DNA from: Octopus sinensis
Lineage: Eukaryota
Assembly: GCF_006345805.1 (NCBI RefSeq)
Contig: NC_042997.1
Coordinates: 200,570,001 to 200,634,000, forward strand
Direction: 5' to 3'
Length of the DNA stretch: 64,000 bases
Each line of letters begins with the position of its first letter. The first letter of the stretch is position 1. The translations under genes and the position numbers were made by a program. The notes under the pieces were generated by a model, which saw only the letters and a program-made list of their open reading frames with translations, did not search any database and was not told the origin of the DNA. Positions 25,030-37,883 of this stretch are shown here, piece after piece.

Positions 25030-26110
25030 CACACACACACATATATATTGTAAATTTTAATATTGTATAAGTCTTTGGAGTAATAATATTTTCCTTATGT
25101 AAATATCGTTGTTTATGTAATGATCTAATTATCGTAATTTTCTATATAATTAGATATTAAATTTAAGTTTATTCGTAAGATACTACTTAGCGATAGATTT
25201 GTTATTTGATGGCAAGCATACGAGGTGTATTAAGTTAGGCTTCTGTATATACATGTTTTAATAGTATTAATTGTAGTTTTAAATTTGTAATTAAATTAGA
25301 TAAACCTTGATAAACTTAGATATGTTTCGACTAAAGATTGGTCCAGGCCATGTCTAATTTAATAGCATAACTTAGTTATTTCTTTAAATTGATATTCGCT
25401 AGTTATTCCCATTGATAATTATATTTATAGTATTTATAGTATTTATTCGATACTATATTACTACGAATTGATTATTTCTATAAGTATTTTACATAAGATT
25501 TCCGAAAGTTCGTTTAAGTTTGTTTATTTGTATTTTGAAATTAGCTATTTCTTCTTTAAATATGAAAAATTAATTTATTAGGTTTTTATTATATATGCAT
25601 ATATATTTATTTATAGAGATTATTTTAGATCTTAATATTTATATATATTTATATATTTTCATTGATAATTTAAATATATTAGTCATTTTTAAATATTTAT
25701 GTAATTAGATTTAGACTAATACCGATATTAGATTATTGGTGGGTTTCCTACCTTATAAATTAAAATTAATATTTAACATTAAAGTCGATTTTGATATAAT
25801 CATAATTGTTAAGTTTTATGTTTCTAGTTTGATAATAGAGTTTATTATAAGTAAAATTATTATATTATTTATATCTTAAAAATATTGTTTAAATATTTCT
25901 GATTATATTTTAGATATTTCAATTAACCTGAAGATTGACTGTAACCATAACTCGAATTATTACGAATTGTACAGCCATGAAACGATCGTAGTGTTTTACT
26001 CTTTATCTTTTATTAAACTTTTAATACTTTTGATATATATTTAAAATAATATAAATTAATTTTATGTATTGGCTTGTTTTTCATTGTTTGATTTGCCTAA
26101 TAGTGGTTTT
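25030..26110 (+). mobile_element. Very AT-rich (TA)n-flanked element, probable Penelope-like relic
   Basis: TA tracts at both ends; hammerhead near the 3' end; no ORF recognised. Confidence 0.45.
25924..25995 (+). ncRNA. Long-loop type I hammerhead
   Basis: CTGAAGA 25928-25934; stem II TGACTGTA/TACAGCCA (1 mismatch); GAAA 25979-25982; palindromic CGATCG; GUA site; stem I weak (AC/GT). Confidence 0.6.
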
Positions 26111-26127
26111 ATCTCTAATTTAATATA

Positions 26128-26182
<55 letters not shown>

Positions 26183-26207
26183 AAAGAAGGAAAATGCACA
26201 GTTTACA

Positions 26208-27341
26208 CGTGAGGTCTGATCACTAAGTATCCAAACTGTAGCCATAGTAACGAAGCTAAAGCATGCGGAGTAAAGCCGCTTGACACAGATTGACTTTGAA
26301 CTCTGTTGTGCATATGCTCTAAGTTTTAACTTGCTAGAAAACTTCAAATGTTTACAGCAGTGCTTGGAAGGAAGGTGTGTAGTGTGTGATTGTTGCATTG
26401 ACTATGACAGGCCTACCTAAAGTTGTAGAAAGTGTATGGAGAAGGGTGTATGACCCACACACAAGTGTACGAGTGGTTCAGGCGTTTCAAAGATGGCCGA
26501 AAAAATGTTGATATTGACAAACGGTCTGGGAGACCCGCAACCAGCAGAAATGAGAAAAATATCGCTGATGAATGTCCAGCTGTGAGGGGAAATTGTCGAA
26601 TCACCATCCGTGAGTTATCGGATGATGTACAGATTAGTTATGGTTCAGTTCAGTCCATTATCCCTGAAGATTTGGGTATGAGACGAGTGTCTGCGAAGTT
26701 TGTGCCCAAACTGCATTCAGCTGACCAAAAAGACACTCGGGTTTCAGTTGCATAAAATCTCCTTGATTGTATCAAGAATGATGAAAACTTCTTGAAAATT
26801 TTGCATAGGCCTCTGAGCAGGTATCGCTGAGCTTTCAGCAAAATTTGATGCAGATTCTCTGCTCAGCCTTCTCTGTCCTGGTCAAATCGATGATCACACA
26901 CTACACACCTTCCTTCCAAACACTGCTGTAAACAGCGGAAGTCAGCTAGAACGTTAAAAGTTAGTGTGCATGTACAGCAGAGTTCATGGTTAATCTGTGC
27001 CAAGCAGTTTCACATTGCATACTTTAGCTTCGTTACTATGGTCGGCCCGAGGCTATAGTAGAAGACACTTGCCCAAGGTGCCATGCAGTGGGACTGAACC
27101 TGGAACCATGTGGCTGGTAAGCAAGCTACTTACCACACAGCCACTCCTGCCCCCAGAACATATATATATATATATTGATGCCGTCGAGAAGTAGGCCCCA
27201 AAACGGCGCGCATTCTCTCTTGATGACACCATACACTTGCTAGCTCCCGGTATACGGAGCTTTTAACTGGTAGCACTTGCATGTGCAAGTTGTTTGCAAG
27301 ACATATGGGTGACAATTCGGATACTTATTGATCAGACCACG
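26208..27341 (+). mobile_element. Internally deleted mariner derivative with two 5' ends (long inverted termini)
   Basis: Termini cgtgaggtctgatcactaagtatcc / ggatacttattgatcagaccacg|TA; right arm interrupted by a SINE A fragment and other DNA (27044-27312); same family as 60728-61563. Confidence 0.85.
26432..26755 (+). pseudogene. Mariner transposase N-terminal (HTH) fragment
   Basis: QVYEWFRRFKDGR...RSGRPATS...RITIRELS...ISYGSVQSII..DLGMRRVSAKFVPKL. Confidence 0.9.
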
Positions 27342-27519
27342 TAATTTTAAAATATATTAAAACTACTTAAACTGCGTGCATTCCTTCTTTTATTGTATAA
27401 ATAAGTTTTCTTGCATTGCAACTCACCACGTGGGTGAGTGGGTGCTATTTATGTGCCACTGGCACAGGACCCAGTCAGACAGATCTGGCATCGACCACAT
27501 TATATATATATATATATAT

Positions 27520-27962
<443 letters not shown>

Positions 27963-28424
27963 GTGCTTATATGTACTTCTATATGCAATTGTTTGAAAGA
28001 AAATGGTTGTGAAATGCACTTTAAATCTTGTTTCTTGGCATTTACAAACCAGCTGTGAGGCTGGAATCCTATTTTAACAAAACGCAGATGTTGTTGATTA
28101 TGTTTGAAACTCTTAACAAAACAAATCTGTACAAGATTTTATTTAATATTCAAAGAAACGATCATTTGCTAATTCATTTCTCATTTTATGGGTTGATAGA
28201 ATCGTTAGAAAGTTACAGAAAATGCAAACTGTCTGTTCCGGATCCTGGTTTCAAATCCCGGCAACACCAATTTTGTCTGTTATCCTTTTAGTCTTGATCA
28301 ATTAAATAAGTACCAGTTATGCACTGGTGTTGATATAACAGACTTAATCCCTTTGTTTTTCCTTGTTTGTCTCTTCTTTGTTAAACCCTCTGCAGGCAAT
28401 AAAGAAATAAATTATCATCATGGA

Positions 28425-28562
28425 GATATCTTAACTGATGTCGCCAGTCGTTGGGGTGCCACTCTAGATGTTTTCATGGTCAGCCAATGCCACTGGTGTT
28501 GGTTTGTTGTCATGCATAGCAGGTTTGCAATGTTGTGTCCTGTCCAGTCCTTGATGTTGCTA
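28425..28562 (-). mobile_element. RTE (BovB-like) LINE extreme 3' ORF end
   Basis: Minus-strand peptide SNIKDWTGHNIANLLCMTTNQHQW...VAPQRL resembles WxDNIKEWTG...DRxxWR...PxR. Confidence 0.6.
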
Positions 28563-28705
28563 GGAGTGGCTCTGTAGTAAGAAGCTTGCTTCTCAACTAC
28601 ATGGTTCAGCCCCACTGTGTGGTGCCTTGGCCAAGTGTCTTCTACTATAGCCTCAGGCCGATCAAAACCTTGTGGGTGGATTTGGTAGACAGAAACTGAA
28701 AGAAG

Positions 28706-28925
28706 TTTGTCGTGTGACCGCGTGTGTACCGTTGGCGATTTTTTTCCCCTCTGTCTTCCCTTCTCTGGATCTTTCCTTCTCCTATGTTTCCGACGAAGAG
28801 CTCCGCTCGAAACGTTAAACCCTCCTTCTTCCCTTCCTTCCCGAGCGTCCAATAATACTATATTTGTTCCATGTCCTCACGTTGTTGCATTTTCTCTTTG
28901 TGTTTTCATGTTTGGATTAACTTTA
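28706..28925 (+). mobile_element. Penelope-like terminus placed at the microsatellite position of a SINE A 5' half (28560-28705)
   Basis: Paralogue of 18422-18665; ends ttggattaact-(ta)n. Confidence 0.65.
28786..28820 (+). ncRNA. Minimal type I hammerhead, U4C variant
   Basis: 35/35 nt identical to 18513-18547. Confidence 0.7.
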
Positions 28926-29049
28926 TATATATATATGAGGACCTCTCATTTAGACTTGCATTGCTTATATGCATTCATGTTTATATTGCTAGGAGGAGAT
29001 AATTGTCAACCACAGCCATAGTTCTGGCAGTAGCAGTAGATGATAATAT

Positions 29050-29458
29050 GCACCACAAATCCATATGGGAGGTTCTCTCAAGATAAATAATACCCTATCG
29101 CATGTTCTAACACAACATCCACTTTTAAGTGGGCATAGATATTACCTTTTGGTTCTGTTACAATTATTTCTTTCTTAAACCCATTGGCTATTTGTGACAC
29201 CAATTCCTAAATAGATACTGAGTTTCTATGTATATCACTGATGGAAGAATCCCTGCTCTGTCTCTCATCTGGACGTCTGCTATTGACAAGACCAAAGAAG
29301 GCCAAAATCACATGATCTGGTTGTCCTCGTGATAAAAACACAAGTGCTTACATGCACCACAAGTCCATATGAGAGGTTCTCTCATGGTAAATAACGCAGT
29401 ATTGTGTGTTCTAACACAACAACCAGTTTTAAGTGAGAGATAAATATTACCTTTTGGT
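29050..29458 (+). repeat. Two copies of an unclassified ~100-bp repeat (third copy at about 45585-45685)
   Basis: gcaccacaa.tccatatg.gaggttctctca...gttctaacacaac...attaccttttgg at 29050 and 29354. Confidence 0.7.
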
Positions 29459-30354
29459 ATTTGTGTCACTAAAGAGGGAAACATTAATGCAATCTAAGAA
29501 TGTTAGAATATTACTGGCTTCAGCTTAACCAAAATAAATTTTTAAGTCTATCCTTTATAACCTTGTTAAAACGGTATTAACAGTATAATTCAGGTGAAAA
29601 TATTTCATCTTAGAAGCAAAGCTGGGTTAAGAAGTCAGATCCTTAAGAATTTATATCCAAATGTAAGCCACATTCTCAGAAGTTATTAAAATTGAAAAAC
29701 TTTTGTGGGCTTCTGTTGGCATCAATACACGTAACTACCTTTTTTAATATTCCTCTCATTTAAAGACAGACCTTATTTTCTCTTATTTGGATAGGAAGCT
29801 TGAACTTTCTATTAAAAGGTATAGAGAGGAAGGTATGAAGAAATTGAATACGGTAATAGTATGTCACATATCTACTTCAAATCGGAAAATACATTTCAGT
29901 TCACTACACATAATATTACAGTCGAATATGATTTATATTCTTATATTACTATAATTATACCTCTACATCATTTTTCTCCATGACAACACTTAGTTGTCTT
30001 CATGTATATATACATATATAAATATACAATATTTGACTATGGGAGTTTCACTGTTGCAGGAACGAATTACAGCATTCAGCCTGGGGACATTCTTCATCAT
30101 GCTGATACATTTTAAAGTTACAAAAAAAGTGATGTTCTGAAGTTCACATATTTTCATGTACTAAAACGTAGTCAGACACATATTTCATGGAAACGAACCA
30201 CATTGCTTGTATGATGATGATGATCATCATTTACAACCATCACGTGATGCCTAGATATGAATACATGCACACATACACATACATACATGCACACATACAT
30301 ACACACACACACATACACACACACACACACATATATATATATCTTTTATCTTTC

Positions 30355-30752
30355 TTTATCTTTTACTTGTTTCAGTCATTTTACTGCGGCCATGCTGGAG
30401 CACCGCCTTTAGTCGAGCGAATCGACCCCAGGACTTATTCTTTGTAAGCCCAGTACTTATTCTATCAGTCTCTTTTTGCCGAACCGCTAGGTGACGGGGA
30501 CATAAACACACCAGCATTGGTTGTCAAGCAATGCTAGGGGGACAAACACAGACACACAAACACACACGCATACATATATATATACATATATACGACAGGC
30601 TTCTTTCAGTTTCCGTCTACCAAATCCACTCACAAGGCATTGGTCGGCCTGGGGCTATAGCAGAAGACACTTGCCCAAGATGCCATGCAGTGGGACTGAA
30701 CCCGGAACCATGTGGTTGGTTAGCAAGCTACTTACCACACAGCCACTCCTGT
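30355..30752 (-). mobile_element. SINE A
   Basis: Full-length reverse copy. Confidence 0.9.
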
Positions 30753-30875
30753 ATATAATAATTATTTGAGGGAATATTATTCCTAACTTACAGGGAATAA
30801 TTCAATTTAGAAATACTAAATCAAATTTCACAAAATATAATATATATATATATATAAATTATCTATCTATCTATC

Positions 30876-30995
<120 letters not shown>

Positions 30996-31228
30996 CGATC
31001 CCATAAATAATGCAGTTTTTTCAATTGCAAGAACTAAATGCTGGTGGGGGACGGGATAAACTACCTGCATCAACTTGTTATAAAGGCAGGTAGCAATTTT
31101 ACCTTGCCTTATTCTCAGTGCAAGTCTTGAAGATTGCGGCCTTTAGGCAATGTGGGAAGATGAATGGAGGTATAACGTCGCCATCACTAGTGATCACTCC
31201 TAACACCATGTTATTGAGTGGATGCTTG

Positions 31229-31612
31229 AAGGAGGCACAATGGCCCAGTGGTTAGGGCAGCGGACTCGCAATTGGAGGATCGCGGTTTCGATTCCCAGAT
31301 CAGGCGTTGTGTGTGTTTATTGAGCGAAAACACCTAAAGCTCCCCGAGGCTCCGGCAGGGGGTGGTGGCAACCCCTTTTGTACTCTTTTGCCCCAACTTT
31401 CTCTCACTCTTTCTTCCTGTTTCTTATCCCCGACTTCCTACAGAACCGCTGAGCCTGGATGCACATTCAGCCATCCGTGAATGCTCTTGGTGTCAGGGAT
31501 TGACCTGCTTTCTCTTCTGCGGGTCTTACGAATAGCAAAGGATCACGTTTCAGACTTCTCCCACTCTGGGACGAAGACCGCTTCGCTCAACAAACAAACA
31601 AAACAAACAAAC
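31229..31612 (+). mobile_element. SINE C
   Basis: ggaggcacaatggcccagtggttagggcagcggac...ggtttcgattcccag. Confidence 0.85.
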
Positions 31613-31904
31613 TGGATGCTTGACTTTTTATCACTCTCAGTACATCTTCAGATTGACATCCAAATACTCTCAAATGTTCGTGTTGGAATTCCCAGCACAA
31701 ATGCCAAGCAGTACAGCATGCCATTTCCAAATTTCTGGCAGAGTGAATTGTCCCATGGTGCAATTCATCAGCTGTGACAATGTGTTGCAGTTTATCCAAT
31801 AAATGGAACAGCCTGCTCATGAAATTAATGTGCAAGTGGTCGAGTACTCCACAGATGTGTATATTCTGAATGTAGTTCTCAGAGAGATTCAGCATGACAC
31901 AGAA

Positions 31905-32072
31905 TGTGATGAAGCTGGCCCCTTTGAAATCACAGGTATTTTTCATTTTTGCTAGCTGAGTGGACTGGAACACCATGAAATAAAACGTCTTGCTGAAGGA
32001 TACAATTCCCCACCAGGAATCGAACTCATGATCTTATGACTGTCAGCTGAATGCCCTAACCACTAAGCCACC
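31905..32072 (-). mobile_element. SINE E partial
   Basis: Minus strand gaagacaggtggcttagtggttaggg...gagttcgattcc. Confidence 0.6.
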
Positions 32073-33041
32073 TGTCTTCACTATAAAGAAAGAGAAGGAG
32101 AGATCTGAAATGAAGTGTCTTGAGAGATATCGTGATCTAATTGGTCCTATAAACGAGTGAAAAGAGCAATCATTTAAGTCTTCACCTGACGACACGAGGG
32201 TCACTACAAAACTATTTATGTGTTAAAACATTTCTTACACAATTTAACTAATTTCTGCAACTTGTTACTAATGTTTTGGTTTCATGAAACCATTTAACAA
32301 CCAGTATCATATGTTCAACAAACTAAAAAAAATAAAATAAAAAAAATAAAAATAGATGGACTTTAGTTTTAGAAACTTACAAAAATAATGGCATTATATC
32401 TACTTTGAATGTTTTAGTTTCTTACTAATAAAATATCAAAGAAAAAATTTTATTTGATTACAATTATTATACCGTTGGGTATTTTATCATTTTATATACA
32501 TTTGTTTTCCTCACAAACTTTTTGTATATTTTATTGAGAAGCAGAGTTTTCAACACGTTTCTACGATGGATTATGTTACTTATATGTTTCCTTGTTTTTT
32601 ATCTTTTATCCAATCTCAAAGAAAGTGTTTCCTAAATCTCACAGACCTCTTGTCTCTTGTATATGCTTTTGTTTTCTTGAAAACAAAATTTGTTGGCCGG
32701 ACGAAACCGTTTTTAATTTATCGGATAAAAGAAGTAAATGGATATAAGAGTAAAATGCTGAATCAAACTGACTGATTGAAATGTGTTTAAAGGATTACAG
32801 TTCTGATTAGGGGCTTAACAGTTTTATATTCAGATTTAATCCCACCTCTGTTTATCACAGCTGATAACAGAGGATAGATATTGTGAATTTGTAGTATACA
32901 GAAAAATGATTATATTAAACTGATAGAAAATAAATAAAAACACCCCAAAAAACAAACAATTCAAACTGCAACTAATTCTCATCACCATCATTTAACGTCT
33001 ACTTTATTCATGCTTGCATGGGTCAGACAGGATTTGTTGAT

Positions 33042-33090
33042 GCCCGTGGGCATATGGCGTAGTGATCCTGAGTTCGATTGCAGGCAGTGA

Positions 33091-33094
<4 letters not shown>
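33042..33094 (+). mobile_element. SINE F head (5' part of the copy split by the LINE)
   Basis: gcccgtgggcatatggcgtagtg...gagttcgattgcaggcagtgacctg matches 7817-7877. Confidence 0.8.
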
Positions 33095-33151
<57 letters not shown>

Positions 33152-33390
33152 TAATAATAATAATAATAATAATGATGATGATGATGATGATAATAATAAT
33201 GATGACGATAATGATAATAATAATAATAATAATAATAATAATATAATAATAATGATAATAAAAAAAAACATAAAACAATATCATTGATGATGATGATGAT
33301 GATGATGGTGATGGTGATGATGATACTGATCATAGTAATAGTGGTGATAATGGTAATAATGATAATAATGGTGATGATAATAACAATAAT
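33095..33390. repeat. Expanded (AAT)n/(GAT)n microsatellite
   Basis: Directly visible; LINE target site. Confidence 0.95.
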
Positions 33391-33507
33391 AAGCCAACTA
33401 CGGCTGCTATAATGGTACGATTAGAATTGTAACGGCAATGTTGGCCGTCTCCCCACGAGCCAATCAAAGCTAAAAAATGATAACATTATCGTAGCACCAA
33501 ACTGTTT

Positions 33508-34829
33508 TTGGAAACTAAAAGGAAAATTAAATCAGTATACCAAATCGCTTGTCCTATGGTTAATCTGGAAGCGCATCCCCCAGGGAAGAGCCAGCCTGGG
33601 ATCGAAAAGTCATCAACTGGCACAAACTCTTCTCCGAATATGGACATGGATGGTCACTTGAACGGGAAATTCCCCAACTCGAGCCCTCCAAGTTCACCAC
33701 CACAACCACCACAGAAAGAAAAATGTAAGCGGAACAAATGGACCCGAGAAGAGTATAAAGAAGTAATATACGCTTATTACTATGCATTAGGTAGGCCATC
33801 TCAAGAGAGACACACTGCAAACTCTTACAGTATATGGAGAACACGGAATCAAGACAGTAGGCCCTATTTGGACGAGAACAAATTGGCAAATGTGAGGAGG
33901 GATATCCTTAGAAATAACAGACTCAGTGAAATAAGCGTGATCAAGCACGCAACGGAAAATGATATAAATATAAGACACATAGGAAATGAAGAATCAGATG
34001 AACAGTATAGCCCGCCACGAGGCTTAATTGAAAGACTGCCATCTGACCAAAGTACGCAAAGGCCTGAAGATACAAGAAATTATATTGAACCTGTTAAAGA
34101 TAGCCAGGAAAAGGATAAAACAATAGTAACTGAAGATCTCGCATTTGCTGAAGAACACAGAGAGTCTATGGCAGAAATGAGGCAGAAAATCCTGAATACG
34201 CTTGAAGTTGTAAGACATACAAGTATGAATGATAGAGAACCACTTCATAAACTCCCAAATACAAACCAAAATAAAAAAAACAAATTCAAATTGGCAACTA
34301 TGTAACAAATGAAATAATACAAGAATTAAAATCTGATTTTACTGAGTTAAATGAAATTATTTACGCTTCTGCTAGGGCAATTGAAACCAGCTGTGTGCCC
34401 CCGAAAAAACAAAGAAAACCAAACCTGGGAAGAAATCAAACCTGGAGAAGTAAAATTGAAAAAGAGATTGAATTTATGAGAGGGGAAATATCAATATTAA
34501 ATGAACTAATATGTGGAAATGATGTAAGATCCAGAACAGGAAGAAAGATGAAGAGAAAATTTGGATCCTCACCAAGAGAAGAACTGATATCAATAAAAGA
34601 AACGCTGAAACAAAAAGTCCAAGCAAAAGCCCAAAGAATACGAAGATTTGAGAAGAGAAACAAGTTTTACAAGCAAAATAACCTGTTCACATCCAATGCC
34701 AAAATATTTTACAGAGAAATAGGGAAGGAGAAAGTAACCGTTAAAGACACCCCTCCCATGGAAGAAGTTCAAAACTTTTGGAAAAGGATTTGGAGTGACA
34801 AGAAGACGTACAACATAAATGCAGACTGA
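33508..34829 (+). pseudogene. N-terminal region of LINE ORF (fragments 33508-34305, 34395-34829)
   Basis: KRNKWTREEYKEVIYAYY, WRSKIEKEI, KAQRIRRFEKRNKFYKQNNLF...FYREI...FWKRIW, as in R4/Dong N-termini. Confidence 0.8.
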
Positions 34830-34952
34830 ATTATACAAACAGAAGGATCCTACCAAAATTTACAACAATAAGCATGGGAAGACATCACAATAGCAGACAT
34901 AAGAAAGGCACTCACGAAGGCCCATAATTGGAAATCCCCCGGTAAAGATAGG

Positions 34953-35990
34953 GTGCCGAATTTCTGGCTCGCATCGCTCCCATGCGCACACGGTAAGCTA
35001 GTTCAGCTGCTCAATGGAATTATGAGAGACCCAAAGAAAACACCTGAATGGTTAGCAAGTGATATTACTTACCTACTCCCAAAGAATAACGAAACCAAGC
35101 TTCCAAAAAACTATCGGCCTATAACCTGTCTATCAACCACGTATAAAATCCTAACATCTATCCTGGCGGAGAAAACATATGCATTCATGGAGAAGAACGA
35201 TATTTTCCCCATTGAACAAAAAGGGTGCCGCCGAGGCTCATACGGATGCAAAGATCAACTGCTAATTAATCGTATGATCCTTGAGAACTGTCACAACAAG
35301 CGCAGAAATCTCAGCTCCGCATGGATTGACTATAAAAAGGCCTTCGACAGTATACCGCATTCATGGATCTTGAAATCGCTGGACATCTTCAAAATTTCCC
35401 CTGTGATTTCAAGCTTCCTGAAGCACAATATGTCGTTGTGGAATACGAATCTCCAATTATACCACTCTAATGGAGTACTTGCCTCAGAAAATATAAACAT
35501 CAACTGTGGAATTTTTCAAGGTGACTCACTTTCACCTTTAATATTCTGCATAGCCCTAATACCCCTTACAAGTGAATTAAACAGAACAGGGTATGGGTAT
35601 AAAATTGCCAATAAAAAAATAAGCCATCTATTTTATATGGATGACTTAAAACTCTATGGTAAAGACGATAATGAACTTGAAGACCTATTGCGCACTGTGA
35701 AAGCATTCAGCGATGACATCGGGATGGAGTTTGGGCTTGAGAAGTGTGCCAAGGCCACTTTCCAGAAAGGGAAAGTGAAGACCACAAATTCAGTCGTGTT
35801 AGATGTTGACACAGTCATAAGAGAGCTTGAGCAAGAACAAACATACAAATATTTAGGGATAAATGAAGGCTCTGGTATTCAGCATGCAAGCATGAAAGAG
35901 AAGATCAGGAAGGAATGTTATAGGAGAGTTCGTGCAGTCCTGAAATCTGAACTAAATGCACGTAACAAGGTGTTAGCTATAAATTCCTAA
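34953..35990 (+). pseudogene. Reverse transcriptase domain of the LINE
   Basis: YRPITCLSTTYK, QKGCRRGSYGCKDQL, WIDYKKAFDSIPH, GIFQGDSLSP, HLFYMDDLKL, FGLEKCA, YKYLGI. Confidence 0.95.
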
Positions 35991-36230
35991 GCAGTTCCAG
36001 TTGTTACTTATAGCTACAATGAGTTGAACTGGAATATGAGTGAAGTAAAGAATATAGATAGGAAAATACGCAAGCTGCTGAGTTGTAATAGGATGCACCA
36101 CCCATAGGCAGACGTAGATCGCCTTTACCTTCCCAGAGCCCAAGGAGGCCGATGCCTGATCCAATTTGAACTAGCTTACAAAACAACCACAATTGGACTG
36201 GCCAAATATCTTGAAATAACGAATGACTGG

Positions 36231-37214
36231 ATGCTAAAGCTCGTGGAAAATCACGAGAGACGAAAGAAGCTTCATTCTATCATAAAGGAAAGCAAAAAAT
36301 TTGCTATTGATCTCGTGCAGGATACCCAAACTGAACAACCCGAGGGAAGTACTGCAACTATTGTTGCAAAGAAGGTGAAAATAATGGCAACGAAAAAAGC
36401 GCACGAGCAATTGGCTGATAGGTGGGAGGAGAAACCTCTGCACGGCAAATATGTGGCCCGTAGCAAACAAGCTGATGTTGACCAGAAGCAAATCTATCAG
36501 TGGCTACGGAGCTCAGGGCTAAAAGCAGAGAGCGAAGGTTTCATCTTCGCTGCTCAAGATCAAAGCCTATTAACCCGGAACTACCAGGCCAATGTGATGA
36601 AAAATGGAGCAGACCCAAAATGCCGATTCTGCAACGACATGATTGAAACAGTGGACCACCTAATCTGTGGATGTAAAGTCTTAGCACCAGTGGAGTATAA
36701 ATTAAGACATGACAGAGTTGGCCAATATCTACACTGGCTAATAAGTCGGCATTACAATATCAAAACTGCCGACAAGTGGTATAATCACCACCCTGAAGCT
36801 GTAACTGAAGGAGAAAATGTAACGATTCTGTGGGACTTTCCAGTACATACAGACCGAACCATCAAAGCCAATAAACCGGATATTGTTGTGAAAGACCAAA
36901 ACAATAAAGTTTGCTTATTGATCGACATGAGCATCCCCTGTGATCATAATATCTCGGCGAAAGAGTTTGACAAGCTCAGAAAATATAAAGACCTGCTCAT
37001 TGAAATTGAGAAAATGTGGCATCTCAAGGCAGTTACAATACCAGTGATCGTAGGAGCACTAGGAATGATCAAGAAGGGAACCGAAAATTATATGAGAATG
37101 ATCCCTGGCTTACCATCCCTGCAAGAAGTGCAAAAGATTGTCTTAAACTGGTACATCACACATATTGAGAAGAGCATTGTCGATGTGAAAACTATTACTA
37201 CCCATGTATTTTAA
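36231..37214 (+). pseudogene. C-terminal CCHC zinc knuckle + restriction-like endonuclease
   Basis: CRFCNDMIETVDHLICGC, RHD, ILWDF, KPDIVVKD, LIDMSIP, KLRKYKDL, PVIVGALG. Confidence 0.95.
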
Positions 37215-37356
37215 TTTAACTTAAAAAAAAATGAACGAACTAGTGAGTTTAGTTTAATGGCCTAACAATGTATACTATGAGTTTCTTTGCCCTAGGAGCC
37301 GGGAAGACACTTGGCAAGAAATGGAAGCAAATTTGAAAGAAGAGGAAAAAAAAAAG

Positions 37357-37530
37357 ATAATAATAATAACAACATCAAAGATTACCTTAGGAATGAGAAC
37401 TCAGGCTCGAAATTTCCCCAACACACCTGATGAAGGCTGAAGAGTATATCAGCCAAAACGTGTTAACAACAAACAAGATGAGGACAAATATCCGTCAAAT
37501 GTAAATAATATAAATAATGTAAATAATATA
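37357..37530 (+). mobile_element. SINE F 3' part (after the LINE) with a mutated hammerhead at 37423-37464
   Basis: aacatcaaagattaccttaggaatgagaac...acacCTGATGAaggctg...cagccAAAAcgtgttaacaacaaacaagatgaggacaaat matches 7900-8040; G12A and a small deletion in stem III. Confidence 0.85.
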
Positions 37531-37550
37531 CCCACACACATATACATATG

Positions 37551-37815
37551 TTTAGTCTTTTACTCATTTCAGCCATGCAGCTGTGGTCATGCTGGAGCAC
37601 CACCTTGGTCTTGCTGATTTCCACAGTCTGGTATGTTTGACATCACCACTCCTGTATGCACCTGTATGGCTCATTTGGTGTATAAGGAAGTTTGTTTCTG
37701 CTGCCCTCGTCTGCACTTCATGTTGGGCTGTTGGTTCATCTACTATTGTGGAGAGGAAGGTGTCTAGTTCCTTTTTGAAGACATCTACTTCCACCTTATG
37801 CAAATTTCTTAATTT
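37551..37815 (-). mobile_element. 3' end of an APE-type LINE (CR1/L2/Jockey group, clade unresolved) sharing its tail with SINE A
   Basis: VDVFKKELDTFLSTIVDEP...TNFLIHQ; tail ggtggtgctccagcatgaccacag...gctgaaatgagtaaaaga. Confidence 0.7.
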
Positions 37816-37883
37816 TTAATATATACAGGTGTGTGTGGGTATAATATGTATGTATATTATATATATATATATTATGTATGTGT

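Larger units (their letters stand above)
33391..37356 (+). mobile_element. Near-full-length R4/Dong-clade non-LTR retrotransposon (RT + CCHC + RLE), disrupted
   Basis: RT, zinc knuckle and PD-(D/E)xK endonuclease in order; inserted in (TAA)n; several in-frame stops and frameshifts. Confidence 0.9.

Noticed and set aside
25310-25365. Minus-strand GAAACATATC hammerhead half
   Set aside because: The upstream box bears no resemblance to CUGANGA and the spacing is wrong.
31587-31976. ORFs of 98-129 aa and a possible exon at about 31651-31741
   Set aside because: Partly SINE-derived; weak donor; no recognisable protein.
32168-32215. CTGACGA hammerhead box
   Set aside because: No GAAA box or stem III/I partner downstream.
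33391-33475. HDV-like ribozyme at the LINE 5' end
   Set aside because: GCCAAC/GTTGGC and a tctccccacg loop are suggestive, but I could not build the nested double pseudoknot (no P1.1 GG, P4 or catalytic C in place). An HDV-descriptor search (RNArobo/Infernal) would settle it.
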